In this document: positions 18,417-28,014 of the stretch, piece by piece
Numbering within the stretch: position 1 is the stretch's first letter
Layout: the number at the start of each line of letters is the position of its first letter
DNA from: Planctomycetota bacterium
GTDB taxonomy: Bacteria; Planctomycetota; GCA-002687715; CAIWVZ01
DNA: 64,000 nt
Assembly: GCA_044222185.1 (NCBI GenBank)
Contig: JBGANV010000012.1
Location: 32,001-96,000 of the forward strand
Reading direction: 5' to 3'
Notes under the pieces: model-generated
The model's database searches: none
What the model was told of the DNA's origin: nothing
Seen by the model: only the letters and a program-made list of their open reading frames with translations
Program-made: the position numbers and the translations under genes

Positions 18417-18707
18417 GGCGAGGGTCTCCTTGCCGTTGGGTCGGGGTGTCCGGCGCCGGCCGTTGAGCGCCGTCAGCAGCGAGAGGCCCATCGCTCCGCG
18501 GTCGTCACGCTCGGCCGCGCGCGATTTCGAATGCGTGTGCGGCGGCGCATCATCCGGAGTTCGGGGCCGGTCCCAGGAGGCTCGGCCATCGCGACGGATC
18601 CGCTTGAAGCCCGTCCTCATCACGCCGAGACTTGCGTCGTTCGACGTGTCGCCGTTTCATCTCGTGGAAGAAGCCGGCCGCGGCGGAGAGTCCCACGGAA
18701 CGCAACG

Positions 18708-19097
18708 ATGTCCCAGAAGCACCGAATCCGCACCGAGTCGTTCACGCAAGACGCCATCCGATTCGTCGGGGAGGCGGACGGGGCGCTCGAGCGCGCGTTC
18801 AAGGTTCGAGCGGCGGTCGTGCTCCGCGACGAAGCCGGTGTCGAGCGGGCGTACCTCGTTCGTGCTCTCTACGACTCTGCGTCAGCGGAGGCTCTCATGC
18901 TTTGCCTTCGCTCCGCCACTCCGCCGCGTCCGCTCCTTCGGGAGATCGGGGCCGTCTTCTCCGGGCTCTTCGGCACGGAACGTCACCTGGATCTGTTGAT
19001 CCTCGACGATGTCCAGGAGAAGGACGTGACGGGGGCCTGTCGTCCGTTCTACGACCGAGCGGTGCCCGGGCCCGAGTCAGGCACGCCGCGATCGTAG
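18708..19097 (+). CDS. SseB C-terminal-domain-like protein
   Basis: VERAYLVRALY...LMLCL...HLDLLILDD...CRPFY matches the SseB_C pattern (AYL...PFY). Confidence 0.65.
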   Translation: MSQKHRIRTESFTQDAIRFVGEADGALERAFKVRAAVVLRDEAGVERAYLVRALYDSASAEALMLCLRSATPPRPLLREIGAVFSGLFGTERHLDLLILDDVQEKDVTGACRPFYDRAVPGPESGTPRS

Positions 19098-19172
19098 GGA
19101 GGTGTTGCCGCACCGAGTCCGTATCACGTGCGAGCCGAACCGGCCTCGAACGATGGCCGTGGATGGAGACGC

Positions 19173-20198
19173 ATGATCGACGCGCGACGAGTTCTCTGCG
19201 GTGCGAGCGTGCTGGTGATCGGGTGGATCCTCGGTGGCTGTCAAGCTGGCTCGGTGAGCATCGCGGGAGTGATCGAGCCCGTGGTGGCGGACGATGGATA
19301 CGCGCTGACGACATGGCGCCTCGTGCCGCAGGGCGAGGACGACTCACTTCGGACGCCGACGGCGCTCGTCGTCTACGCCACCGGTTCCGAGGACCAGACG
19401 GTGACGCGGGTCATCGGAGAATTCGCCGGGTTTGCGATCCTGGGCGCTCGGGTCGTCCTCCCGGAGCGGCGCGGAGTTCGGGGTGACGAGCCCATCGACG
19501 AGGCGGCGACGCGTCTTGGTGCGACGCGCGGGCGGCGGATCGCCGATCTCGCGGCCGTCGTCCGCGCAGCAAGTCGCGCGGTCGATGAAGGCGTACCCCT
19601 GGTGCTCGTCGGGTCGAGTGAAGGTGCCGACGTGGCCGCCGCGGTCGCCGCCGAGGAGCCCCGCGTCACGCACCTGCTGCTGCTCGGCGGGGGTGGCGGG
19701 TGGACGCAGGCCGATGAGCTGCGCCATTTCGTGCGCTCTCGACCGGGGTATCTCGGCATCCACAGCGAGGCGGAACTCGACGATCGCCTGATGGACATCC
19801 GCCTCCGTCCGAATGCTGCGGAGGATTGGCTCGGGCATCCCTACCGACGGTGGAACTCTTATCTGTGGAATCGGCCTGCGGACGACCTCGTGAAAGTGAA
19901 GCGGCCGATCTTCATCGCCCACGGCGATCGGGACGAAAGCGTGCCCGTCGAGAGCGCCAGAGCTCTGCGCGATGCCTTGTCCGCCGCGTCCTCGGACTTC
20001 GAGTATCGCGAGTATGCCGGTGCCGATCACGCCTTCCTTCTTGCCGACGGAGTGACGTCCGCGTTCCCGCTCGTGGAGGTGGACGTGATCACGTGGCTGT
20101 CGGCGCACGGCGTACTTTCGCCAGCCGACGCCGCGTCCTTCACCGCTCGGGTGCGCGCCGCTCACCCGCGTTCGTTCCGAACGCCCGGCTCCGCCTGA
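19173..20198 (+). CDS. Alpha/beta hydrolase lipoprotein (S9/esterase-like)
   Basis: RBS GGAG and lipobox LGGC. Nucleophile elbow GSSEG, acid motif HGDRDESVP, catalytic His in GADH. Confidence 0.88.
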   Translation: MIDARRVLCGASVLVIGWILGGCQAGSVSIAGVIEPVVADDGYALTTWRLVPQGEDDSLRTPTALVVYATGSEDQTVTRVIGEFAGFAILGARVVLPERRGVRGDEPIDEAATRLGATRGRRIADLAAVVRAASRAVDEGVPLVLVGSSEGADVAAAVAAEEPRVTHLLLLGGGGGWTQADELRHFVRSRPGYLGIHSEAELDDRLMDIRLRPNAAEDWLGHPYRRWNSYLWNRPADDLVKVKRPIFIAHGDRDESVPVESARALRDALSAASSDFEYREYAGADHAFLLADGVTSAFPLVEVDVITWLSAHGVLSPADAASFTARVRAAHPRSFRTPGSA

Positions 20199-20210
20199 CC
20201 GGCCCGCGCC

Positions 20211-20446
20211 GGAGCGCCAGGCTTCGCCTGGCCGGACCGCGAGGCCTCCCGGCCTCGCGTGAACGTCGACGGCTCATCCTCACCAACCACCCCCGCATTC
20301 AATCGCGCACGGACCGACCGGACATGCGGCGCGTCGACGTCCGGTCGCCACTTCCGGCAGGGCGAAGCCCTGCCATCCGGCCGCGCTGGAGCGCGGCGCT
20401 CCTCCGATCGCGAAGCCGGAGCGCCAGGCTTTGCCTGGCCGGACCG
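20211..20446 (+). repeat. REP/REPIN-like element: forward REP, inverted REP, forward REP
   Basis: 20211-20266 is identical to the start of the 4742 unit. 20356-20402 has the hairpin GGCAGGGC-GAA-GCCCTGCC plus GCCGCGCTGGAGCGCGGCGCTCC (reverse complement GGAGCGCCGCGCTCCAGCGCGGC). 20418-20446 is a forward REP again. Confidence 0.9.
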
Positions 20447-20644
20447 ATTCGAGGCGAGATCATCCCCCGATTCCGTGACGCTGTCACGAGAGTGAGCGGG
20501 ATGCGCGGCCAGCAATGGAACGTTCTCGGCGACCCGTAGCCGGCGCCACCGATGTCGGGCTGGACCGCCATCCGGAGCGCCAGACGCTTTGCCCGGCTGG
20601 ATCGCGAGGCCTCCGGACTTGCCCGAGCCGTCGTCATGCGCCCC

Positions 20645-20685
20645 AAAAAAGGACGGCGGAGAGGCCAATGGCCACTCCGCCGTTC
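20645..20685 (-). terminator. Rho-independent terminator of the putative selenoprotein gene
   Basis: Minus strand reads ACGGCGGAGTGGCC-ATT-GGCCTCTCCGCCGT-CC-TTTTTT, 30 nt after the stop at 20716-20718. Confidence 0.85.
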
Positions 20686-20715
20686 AGCACAAGACACTGA
20701 AGTCAGGCGCGGTGA

Positions 20716-21942
20716 TCAGTTCCCGGATTGCCCGGTCACACCGCCGACGATCGGTTTGACGTTCGACTTGGGTTTGCTGGTCATTCCACCGAAGAGCGAA
20801 CGCGAGTGCTCGAGGTTGACTTCAAGTTTCTTGTTCTGTGGTACACGCCCGGTGTACTCCTTGAAGCCGCCCCCTCAACAGCCTCCGAATCGGCCCTCGA
20901 CGACGACCGCCTTGGTCTCGGCGTCGTAGACGATGATCTTCGGAGACTTCGCATCGGGCTTGAACTCGTAGTACTCCTCGCCGCCCCGGCCCATGAATTT
21001 CACGGTCGGGGGCACGGTGAGCTTGTCCTTGTCGATCGAGAACTCGAAGTCCATGTCGAGAGGACCGCCCCACGCCATCGAGGTCGACTTGCCCGCTTCG
21101 ACGGTGAGCGGCTTGCAGTTGGTGCCACGGACCTTGGCGGTTTCGCCGCCCTTCCGCACGAAGCCCCAAAGCAGCTTGTACTCACCGGCTGGAACGGTCA
21201 GTCCGTTCTTGAGCGCCGAAAGCTCGAACGAGATGTCGCCTGCTGCGTTCGCGATCACGGCTGACTGCAGCTCTCCGCCTTCGGACTTGAAGCCCGATGC
21301 GAGATTCACCGTCCCCGTCGGCGTCGTGCACGGCTCGACCTTCACCGAGTCGCCGCCAGGCGTCACGGAAAGTGAGTAGAGCTGGCCGCTGATCGAAATC
21401 GTGCGTGACAGCAGCGACGCCGCCTTGCCCGATCCGACGATCATCGCGTCCGTTCCAAACTCGTCGAACCGCCCGTTGCCGTTCAGGTCGATGAGCTTGA
21501 TGTCACAGCCGGCGACCTTGCCACCCATTGCGCAGGTGCTCAGGTACTTCCACGCCGTGCCTTCGTTGATGATCCGGACCGCATACGAGAAGGCCCGTCC
21601 CTCGCTGGACTTGCCTTTCAACACGACCGAACCACCGACGCCCTTGACCCGCTCATCGACCTTGCCGTCGCCGTTGGTGTCGACGCCAAGCGAGATCCCG
21701 TCGCTCTCCACGAAGAAGCCGCGTCCGCCGGCATGGGGAACCGGGATGATCTGTCGACCATCCGGTTCCGCGCCGAGCGGTAGCGGGACTTCATTGGGAA
21801 CGAGGAACTCCCATTTCGGCGGGACGAAGAGCCTCATTTGAGACTCGGCGCCTCCGCTGCCATCTCCCCCGCGGCACCACCCCGATGAGGCGATGATGCA
21901 CGCGAGGAAGCTGGCCAGGAGCACACGTTGCTCTTTGACCAT
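20716..21942 (-). CDS. Putative secreted selenoprotein (408 aa, Cys355-Sec356 in G-C-U-G); 355 aa if the UGA at 20875-20877 terminates
   Basis: RBS GGAGG and a hydrophobic leader. Ca-binding-like loops DTNGDGKVD and DLNGNGRFD. Sequence reads ...EGRFGGC-TGA-GGGFKEYTGRVPQNKKLEVNLEH...QSGN-TGA. A SECIS-like hairpin follows the first TGA and the terminator follows the second stop. Confidence 0.78.
20841..20857 (-). promoter_or_regulatory. Candidate bacterial SECIS hairpin
   Basis: mRNA reads UGA-17 nt-GUACAC-CGGGC-GUGUAC. The perfect 6-bp stem closes an apical loop 23 nt downstream of UGA, with G at loop position 2. Confidence 0.68.
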
Positions 21943-22224
21943 GTTGTCCTCCGATAGGAATGACCAGACTGGCCGCACACATGCGCGGCCGGCGGCGATT
22001 CTATCGGCTGAGGCGGAGCTGGTTGGCCGGATTCGCGGAAATGCAGAAACCGTGGATGGGGAACCGGACGGGCCGGCGACTCGCACCGTACAGGCGCGCC
22101 CCGTGACGCTGGCTTCACGCGGCTGGCCGCAATTGGATCTCCGTCTTCTCGGTTGGAGCGACGGTCGACGTGCCCCTGCGGCACGATCACCAGCCTCGAC
22201 TGGCCCGGATCCGGGCCCCGTCGA

Positions 22225-24387
22225 TCACCCAGCGGCAAGGTCGACGGATCGGCCGATCACCTGCTCGAGGATGTCCTCGATGGTGAAGAGGCCGATCGGA
22301 TGACCGGCGTCCTCCACGAGACAAACGGTGGTGCCAGTGCGCTGAAACTCGGCGAGCGTGGAGGTGAGGGCCTCATCTGGACCGATCGTGCGCAAGGGCC
22401 GCACCAATCGGGTCCAGTCGTCAGGCGTCGCAGGTTCGCCGTCCCCGAACAGGTCCTTCACGAGCAGGTAGCCGATCGGCCGGCCATCGGTGTCCTCGAC
22501 CGGCCACCGCGAAAAACGCTCCTTCGCGAGTTGCCGGAGTACTTGGGAGAAATCCGCCGACGTCGACAGCCGGCGCACGCGCGACCACGGAACCATCACG
22601 CTGCGAACCGTGCGATCACCCAGGTTGGCGACGTTCTCGAGGATCAGCCGAAGCTTGACCTCGCGAATCGAGTGCTCGATGCCGTCGCGGCTCACGCCGG
22701 CGTCCTTCAGCACCAGGCGCACGAGTGCCAGCGCCGCCTCGGCCTCCTCGAACACGGCCGCGGATGCACCGGCCTGCTCGAGCGCGGCCCGCTCCGACAG
22801 GTAGCGCGCCCGCACGACGATCTTCGCCGTGGGGTTCATCGTGCGAGCGGCGCTGACGACGGCGAGCCGGTCGGCAGCGTGCGGCAGCGTGAGGATCACG
22901 TGAGACGCTCGCGCGACGCCGGCCTCACCGAGGATCAGTGATCGAGACGCGTCGCCGAAGATGGCGAGACGCTGGCGCGCATGGAGCTCGCGCACCGTCT
23001 CGAGATTCAGATCCACGACGACGGTCTCGAGCCCCGCCTCGCGAAGCAGGTGATCGACGGATTGCCCCACAGGCCCGAACCCGACGACCACGGCCAGCGG
23101 CTTCTGTTTCATGGCCGGTTCGGCCACGGCCCGGATCGTGGCGATGTTGCCCGCTCGCACGGCGCCGCGTGCGCCCCGATTCAGGGCGCTCCACAACCTC
23201 GGCCGCCGTCGGATCCAACCGTCGAGCGCGGGCAACGCCGCGAAGAGAAGCGGGTTGAGGGTGATCGCGACGATCGCCGCACCCACCAGCGCGTTGTGGC
23301 CGGCCTCGGGCATCAGCCCCTGCCTGCGCCCCACGTCCGAGAGGATGAACGAGAACTCGCCGATCTGGGCGAGCCCGACCGCGACGGTCAGCGCCGTCTT
23401 CGACGAGTGTCGGAAGGCCATCACGAGGGCGAACGCCACGAGCGGCTTCAGCACGAGGATGACGGCGAGGGCACCGAAGAGCGTCCCCGGGTTCTCGACG
23501 ACCGATTTCGGATCGAAGAGCATTCCGACCGAGACGAAGAACACGACGGCGAAGGCATCTCGCAGGGGAAGTGCGTCCGCGGCGGCCTGATGGCTCGATG
23601 GCGACTGAGCGACCATCATGCCGGCGAGGAACGCTCCGAGCGCCATGGATGCTCCGAACGCCGCGTAGGCCCCGACCGCCAGTGCGATCGACACCACGAG
23701 CACCGTGAGCGTGAAGAGCTCGCGTGAGCGGAGTCGTGCGACGCGCGCGAGCAGCCACGGGATCGCACGGGCGCCGACGACCATGAGGATCGCCACGAAG
23801 GCGCCGAGCTTGAGCAAGGCCACGCCCAGGGTCGTCGCGATCTGCCATCCGGACGCCGCCGGATCGCCCGGGCCTCCGAACGCCGGGATCAACACCAGCA
23901 CGACGACCGTGAGGATGTCCTCGACGACGAGCCATCCGATGGCGATGTGACCCTCGGGCGTATCGAGGGCCTGGCGGTCGTCGAGCATGCGAATCAACAC
24001 GACCGTGCTGGCGACCGCGAGCGCCAGCCCGAAGACGATGCCCGAGCCCATGGGAAAGCCGAGCACCGCGAAGGCCGCGGCACTAACGACGGTGGCGGCG
24101 AGACTCTGCCCCAGCGCGCCCGTGATGGCGGTGCGCTTCACCGCGAGCAGGTCCTTCAGATCGAAATGGAGCCCGACCCCGAACATCAGCAGGATCACCC
24201 CGACTTCCGAAAGCTGCTGCGCGATGTGGACGTCGCCGGTGAATCCGGGAGTGTGTGGCCCGATCGCGATGCCGGCGAGGAGATAGCCCACGATCGGCGA
24301 CAAGCGGAGACGCTGGGTCAGGAGGCCCAGCAGCCAGGCAGCGGTGAACGCCGCGGCGATCGTCGTGACCAGGGGGATATCGTGCAC
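22225..24387 (-). CDS. CPA2 cation:proton antiporter (YbaL/RosB/Kef-like) with RCK-N domain and a C-terminal CBS pair
   Basis: Membrane motifs LSPIVGYLLAGIAIGP, LSEVGVILLMFGVGLHF, ASTVV, GWLVVEDI, LRDAFAVVFFVSVGM and AQIGEFSFIL. RCK motif VVGFGPVG...FGDAS. CBS motifs VRSVMVP...FSRWPV...GLFTIEDILE. GTG start assumed. Confidence 0.92.
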   Translation of the reverse strand: MHDIPLVTTIAAAFTAAWLLGLLTQRLRLSPIVGYLLAGIAIGPHTPGFTGDVHIAQQLSEVGVILLMFGVGLHFDLKDLLAVKRTAITGALGQSLAATVVSAAAFAVLGFPMGSGIVFGLALAVASTVVLIRMLDDRQALDTPEGHIAIGWLVVEDILTVVVLVLIPAFGGPGDPAASGWQIATTLGVALLKLGAFVAILMVVGARAIPWLLARVARLRSRELFTLTVLVVSIALAVGAYAAFGASMALGAFLAGMMVAQSPSSHQAAADALPLRDAFAVVFFVSVGMLFDPKSVVENPGTLFGALAVILVLKPLVAFALVMAFRHSSKTALTVAVGLAQIGEFSFILSDVGRRQGLMPEAGHNALVGAAIVAITLNPLLFAALPALDGWIRRRPRLWSALNRGARGAVRAGNIATIRAVAEPAMKQKPLAVVVGFGPVGQSVDHLLREAGLETVVVDLNLETVRELHARQRLAIFGDASRSLILGEAGVARASHVILTLPHAADRLAVVSAARTMNPTAKIVVRARYLSERAALEQAGASAAVFEEAEAALALVRLVLKDAGVSRDGIEHSIREVKLRLILENVANLGDRTVRSVMVPWSRVRRLSTSADFSQVLRQLAKERFSRWPVEDTDGRPIGYLLVKDLFGDGEPATPDDWTRLVRPLRTIGPDEALTSTLAEFQRTGTTVCLVEDAGHPIGLFTIEDILEQVIGRSVDLAAG

Positions 24388-24548
24388 GCGTGGCACGATA
24401 CACGACGCCGGCATCACGACACGGATGCCGTGTGTCCGGGAGGCTACGAGGGCGCGTCTCGCGGCGCTCGGGGCTCGCTCGTCGACGCCGCGCCCGCGCG
24501 GTCGATCGTGCGGCTGAGCGCGTGCGGAGCGCGCAATTCGCGGAAGGC

Positions 24549-24575
24549 TCAGGTCTCGGGATCGACCTCCGATAA
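24549..24575 (+). promoter_or_regulatory. Sigma-28 (FliA)-like promoter
   Basis: TCAG-N15-TCCGATAA versus the consensus TAAA-N15-GCCGATAA, 76 nt upstream of the ATG at 24652. Confidence 0.55.
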
Positions 24576-24651
24576 GGAACCCAGATCCGGGTCACACGGG
24601 CCCGGGAGTGCGACCGCTCGCGCTCGTGCGGTCGGGAGGGTTCACATCGTC

Positions 24652-25206
24652 ATGTCTTCGATCAGCATCAGCGCCGCGCTCTCCAGCCTGTCATCGCACG
24701 CCACGGCACCAACACCCGGCGCCACGGCGCGTTCGCGCGGCGCTTCCGGCGCGACGGAGTCCGGTCCGGTCGCGGACGGAGCTCACGCTGCGCATCGGCA
24801 TCGCTCACGCCCACCCGGGTCGTTCCCGCAGGAGTTGCAGGACGCCGTGATCACCGCGCTCGACGACGCCAGGAGCCAGCCGTCCTCCGATCCGAACAAG
24901 ATCGTCGAGGAGGCCATCGCCAAGGTGCTCGGCAACCGCAAGCCTGGTCGCGGTGCGCACGTCGAGGGGATTCGAGGTGGGGAGCCGGACGGCGACGCCC
25001 ACTTCGCCTTCGCCGCCGGTGTCGAAGCCCAGAACGCGGCGCAGCAGGCGTTCTTCCGCAAGCTCCAGGAGTTCGGCATCGACCCGGAGCAGTTTCGGCG
25101 CGACTTCGAGTCGGCCGTGAGGAACACGCTCAGCGGTCAGGAGCCCGATCCGTCGAGCGCGTTCAAGGCGTTCCCGCCGGGGTTGACGGTCGACACGCCG
25201 GCCTGA
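24652..25206 (+). CDS. Hypothetical protein with a Ser-rich N-terminus and C-terminal G-x-x-V-D-x-x-A motif
   Basis: RBS GGGAGGG, start MSSISISAALSS, end PPGLTVDTPA, coding-like codon usage. Confidence 0.75.
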   Translation: MSSISISAALSSLSSHATAPTPGATARSRGASGATESGPVADGAHAAHRHRSRPPGSFPQELQDAVITALDDARSQPSSDPNKIVEEAIAKVLGNRKPGRGAHVEGIRGGEPDGDAHFAFAAGVEAQNAAQQAFFRKLQEFGIDPEQFRRDFESAVRNTLSGQEPDPSSAFKAFPPGLTVDTPA

Positions 25207-25263
25207 GGCCGAGCGGCCGGGCTGCGGCCTCGGTGCATCGTGCGGCCGTTCGTCGACTCGCCG

Positions 25264-27546
25264 TCACATGATGCGGATGACGGCCGTGTCCGAGACGCGG
25301 AACTGGCACGCCGCGCCCGAGAAGTCGGCACCCTGGATTGCGAAGTCCACACCGACGAGCGCCCCGTCGGCGGGGATCGTTCCGCTGAGAGTCGCGCCGT
25401 TGATCACGATGGGCGAGTTCACGATGTCCACGCCGAGCAGGCAGCTGCCGCAGAGTGGCGTCGGAGCGATCGGCGCACCGATCACGATGAGCGGATTGAC
25501 GCCGGCGTTCGGCATCGAAATCGTCAACTGCTGGCCGATGATCAACTGCCCGGACATCGCAAGCCCCAGGCTTCCGCAACCCGTCGCCAGGCTCGCAAGG
25601 CCGCCGCTCGCGGCGCGCGCCAGGTATCGCGCCGAGCCGACGCCTCGCGGGTTCGAGCCCCAGTCGAACACGATTTCCGTCTCGACGCCGCGTTCACCGC
25701 CATCGAACTTCGACGCGATCGCAGGGGCGGCTTCGATGGAGAACGACGTGGAGACGTCCGCGTTCGCCTCGCTCACCCCGAAGACGGTTCCTCCGATGAC
25801 GTTCAACGTCGTGGCGTGGAGGTCGTAGTCGGGCGAGCCTGGCGTCCACAGCTCGGAGTATGCGATCGTGTACGTCGCACCGGTGCAGGTCGCCGTCGGC
25901 CTGTGACGGTCGTAGTCGAGCGAACCCTCGATCAACGCGAGGTTGTTGGACCCGGTCACGAACGACTGTCCCTGCATCAGCTGATAGCCCACGTGGGACA
26001 CGGCCCCGACCACTTCATAGGTCACGAGCCACTGCGACGCCCCGAGCGTCGGATCGGAGAGGGTCGTCACGCTGGGTTCGATGCTGTCGATGGGAGTCGT
26101 GTTGACGGGGAATGGCGATGTGACGACCGTGGCGTCCCAGGAGAGCCGCGCGCCGACGAGATCGTGCTGCGCGCCGAGCTGACGCTGCCAGACGAGCTGC
26201 CAGAACTGCGAGTAGGAACCACCGATCCCGTCGGACTTGGAGATCGCCGGATGCTGGTCGCGGTCGCTGCCGAGGTTCGAGATCGCCAGGACTCCCGTGA
26301 ACGATGCACCCGTCGAGGTGACGAGACGGGCATGGATGTCCTCGTCCGTCGCGGTGTAGTCCCGCTGCCACGCCACGCAGTAGTAGGTCGGCGAGAGCGT
26401 GCTGGGGTCACCACCGACGACGGGCTCGTGCTTGTCGCCACCCTCGGCGCCGCTGATCTGGAACTGCGCACCGCTCGACGGCGGCAGGCCCGACTCGACG
26501 GTGCGTCCCCAGATCTGCCGTGCCGGTGCGGCGCCCCGGGCTCCGACCACGAGGAACTGCGTTGCGACGCGGTTCGCTGCGACGCGGGGGTGCGTCCAAT
26601 CGAGCACGGACGAATCGATGATCGTGAACGATCCCGACTGAACGACGCCGGTATAGCCGAGGAAGTAGGCGTACACGTCGTGGTCGACGGCCGAATACGT
26701 CCGCGTGAAGACGACGAGGAAGTGGTTCATTCCGGTCTCGAATGCCACGTCCGAGTCGTAGGCGTCGTCGCCCGTGGAGTAGACGAGTTGCGTCGCGAGA
26801 CCCGGGTCGACCGTGAGCGGGTAGCGAGCGGATTCGAGGAACGTCTCGGGAACGGTGATGACGAGGCAATCACCCTGGATGCGGGGCGGGAGCGTCGACG
26901 CGCGACCGTCGGCATCGACGACGGTGGCGAGTCCATAATGCATGCCTCCGAAGGGGCCGGTGAACGCGATGCCGTCGTCGGTCTCGACGGCCGCGAGCGT
27001 CGTCGTCGCGCGGATGCGAAGCTCCAACGCACCGGCCGCCAGCGGCTGCGCGAGCGTGAACGACTGCTCGACGCCGTGGAGGTCTACGTCGTAGATCTCC
27101 TGGACGAGGCCGCGGTCGAAGGTCACGCGGTGTCCCGTGCGCCGAGGCTCGACGTCGGCGGCAAAACGGGCCTTGCGCGCTCCGGCGCGGATCGAGTCGA
27201 GGCGGAACGAGACGGGCATGCTCTGCGGCGCTGCCGGGCCGAGCGCGGGGTGAAACGCGGCGCCTGTCGCGTCGAAGGCCATCTTGTAGTCCTGGCCCAC
27301 GGCCCACGTCGTCGACCCGTCGATGTCGAACATGACGTTGGTCTGGATAGGGCCGGGCGATCGTCCGTCGACGTTGGTTTTTGGCGCCCGCGGCTGGGCC
27401 ACGGGGACGGACGGATCGTCGGCGGCGCCGATGCCGCTCGGGAGCGGCGTGCCGGCGGTCTTGGTGTCGAGGGGGGATTGCGCCGCGGTCATTGCGGCAA
27501 GAAGGCAGACGAGGAGGGCGATCGGAATCGAGCGGATCGGTTTCAT
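25264..27546 (-). CDS. Secreted multidomain protein (N-terminal beta domain, P-x-V-A...VVW repeats, putative C-terminal sorting module)
   Basis: Signal peptide ...LLAAMTAA-Q. N-terminal FDRGLVQEIYDVDLHGVEQSF...YPLTVDP. Repeats HPRVAAN, EPVVGGD..VAWQ and HPAISKS..LVWQ. C-terminal LVGVDFAIQG...VSDTAVIRIM. Confidence 0.88.
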   Translation of the reverse strand: MKPIRSIPIALLVCLLAAMTAAQSPLDTKTAGTPLPSGIGAADDPSVPVAQPRAPKTNVDGRSPGPIQTNVMFDIDGSTTWAVGQDYKMAFDATGAAFHPALGPAAPQSMPVSFRLDSIRAGARKARFAADVEPRRTGHRVTFDRGLVQEIYDVDLHGVEQSFTLAQPLAAGALELRIRATTTLAAVETDDGIAFTGPFGGMHYGLATVVDADGRASTLPPRIQGDCLVITVPETFLESARYPLTVDPGLATQLVYSTGDDAYDSDVAFETGMNHFLVVFTRTYSAVDHDVYAYFLGYTGVVQSGSFTIIDSSVLDWTHPRVAANRVATQFLVVGARGAAPARQIWGRTVESGLPPSSGAQFQISGAEGGDKHEPVVGGDPSTLSPTYYCVAWQRDYTATDEDIHARLVTSTGASFTGVLAISNLGSDRDQHPAISKSDGIGGSYSQFWQLVWQRQLGAQHDLVGARLSWDATVVTSPFPVNTTPIDSIEPSVTTLSDPTLGASQWLVTYEVVGAVSHVGYQLMQGQSFVTGSNNLALIEGSLDYDRHRPTATCTGATYTIAYSELWTPGSPDYDLHATTLNVIGGTVFGVSEANADVSTSFSIEAAPAIASKFDGGERGVETEIVFDWGSNPRGVGSARYLARAASGGLASLATGCGSLGLAMSGQLIIGQQLTISMPNAGVNPLIVIGAPIAPTPLCGSCLLGVDIVNSPIVINGATLSGTIPADGALVGVDFAIQGADFSGAACQFRVSDTAVIRIM

Positions 27547-27709
27547 GATGGGTTCCCTGTGTCGATGGTGTCGCCGCAGCTGCGGCCAGCGATCGCGCGC
27601 TGGTCGACCCGTCGCTGCGGTGCTGTTCAGGGGCTCTTCACGCCGCCCGTCGTTTTCATGAAATCGTTCCCGAATTTCCGCCAGGCTTCAGTTGGCCTCG
27701 GGCGAATGC

Positions 27710-28014
27710 GGAGACGCAGCCGTGGCGCGAACGAACGGGCCGGGTGGGGTGGAATGGTGAGTGCCACTCGCGGCAGGGCAGAGCCCTGCCGATCCAGCCG
27801 CGCTGGAGTGCGGCGCTGCGGGGCGATCGAGAATCGGTCGGAGCGCCAGGCTCCGCCTGGCCGGACCGCGAGGCCTCCCGGCCTCGCGCGAACGTGGAGA
27901 CGCCATCGTGATGCGAACGAACGGGCCGGGTGGGGTGGAATGGCGACTGCCACTCGCGGCAGGGCAGAGCGCTGCCGATCCAGCCGCGCTGGAGTGCGGC
28001 GCTGCGGGGCGATC
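27710..28014 (+). repeat. Compound REP-like element, tandem copies (119-bp duplication, period 186 bp) around a central forward REP
   Basis: 27710-27828 closely matches 27896-28014. The central 27840-27895 (GGAGCGCCAGGCTCCGCCTGGCCGGACCGCGAGGCCTCCCGGCCTCGCGCGAACGT) matches the 4742 and 20211 units. Confidence 0.92.
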
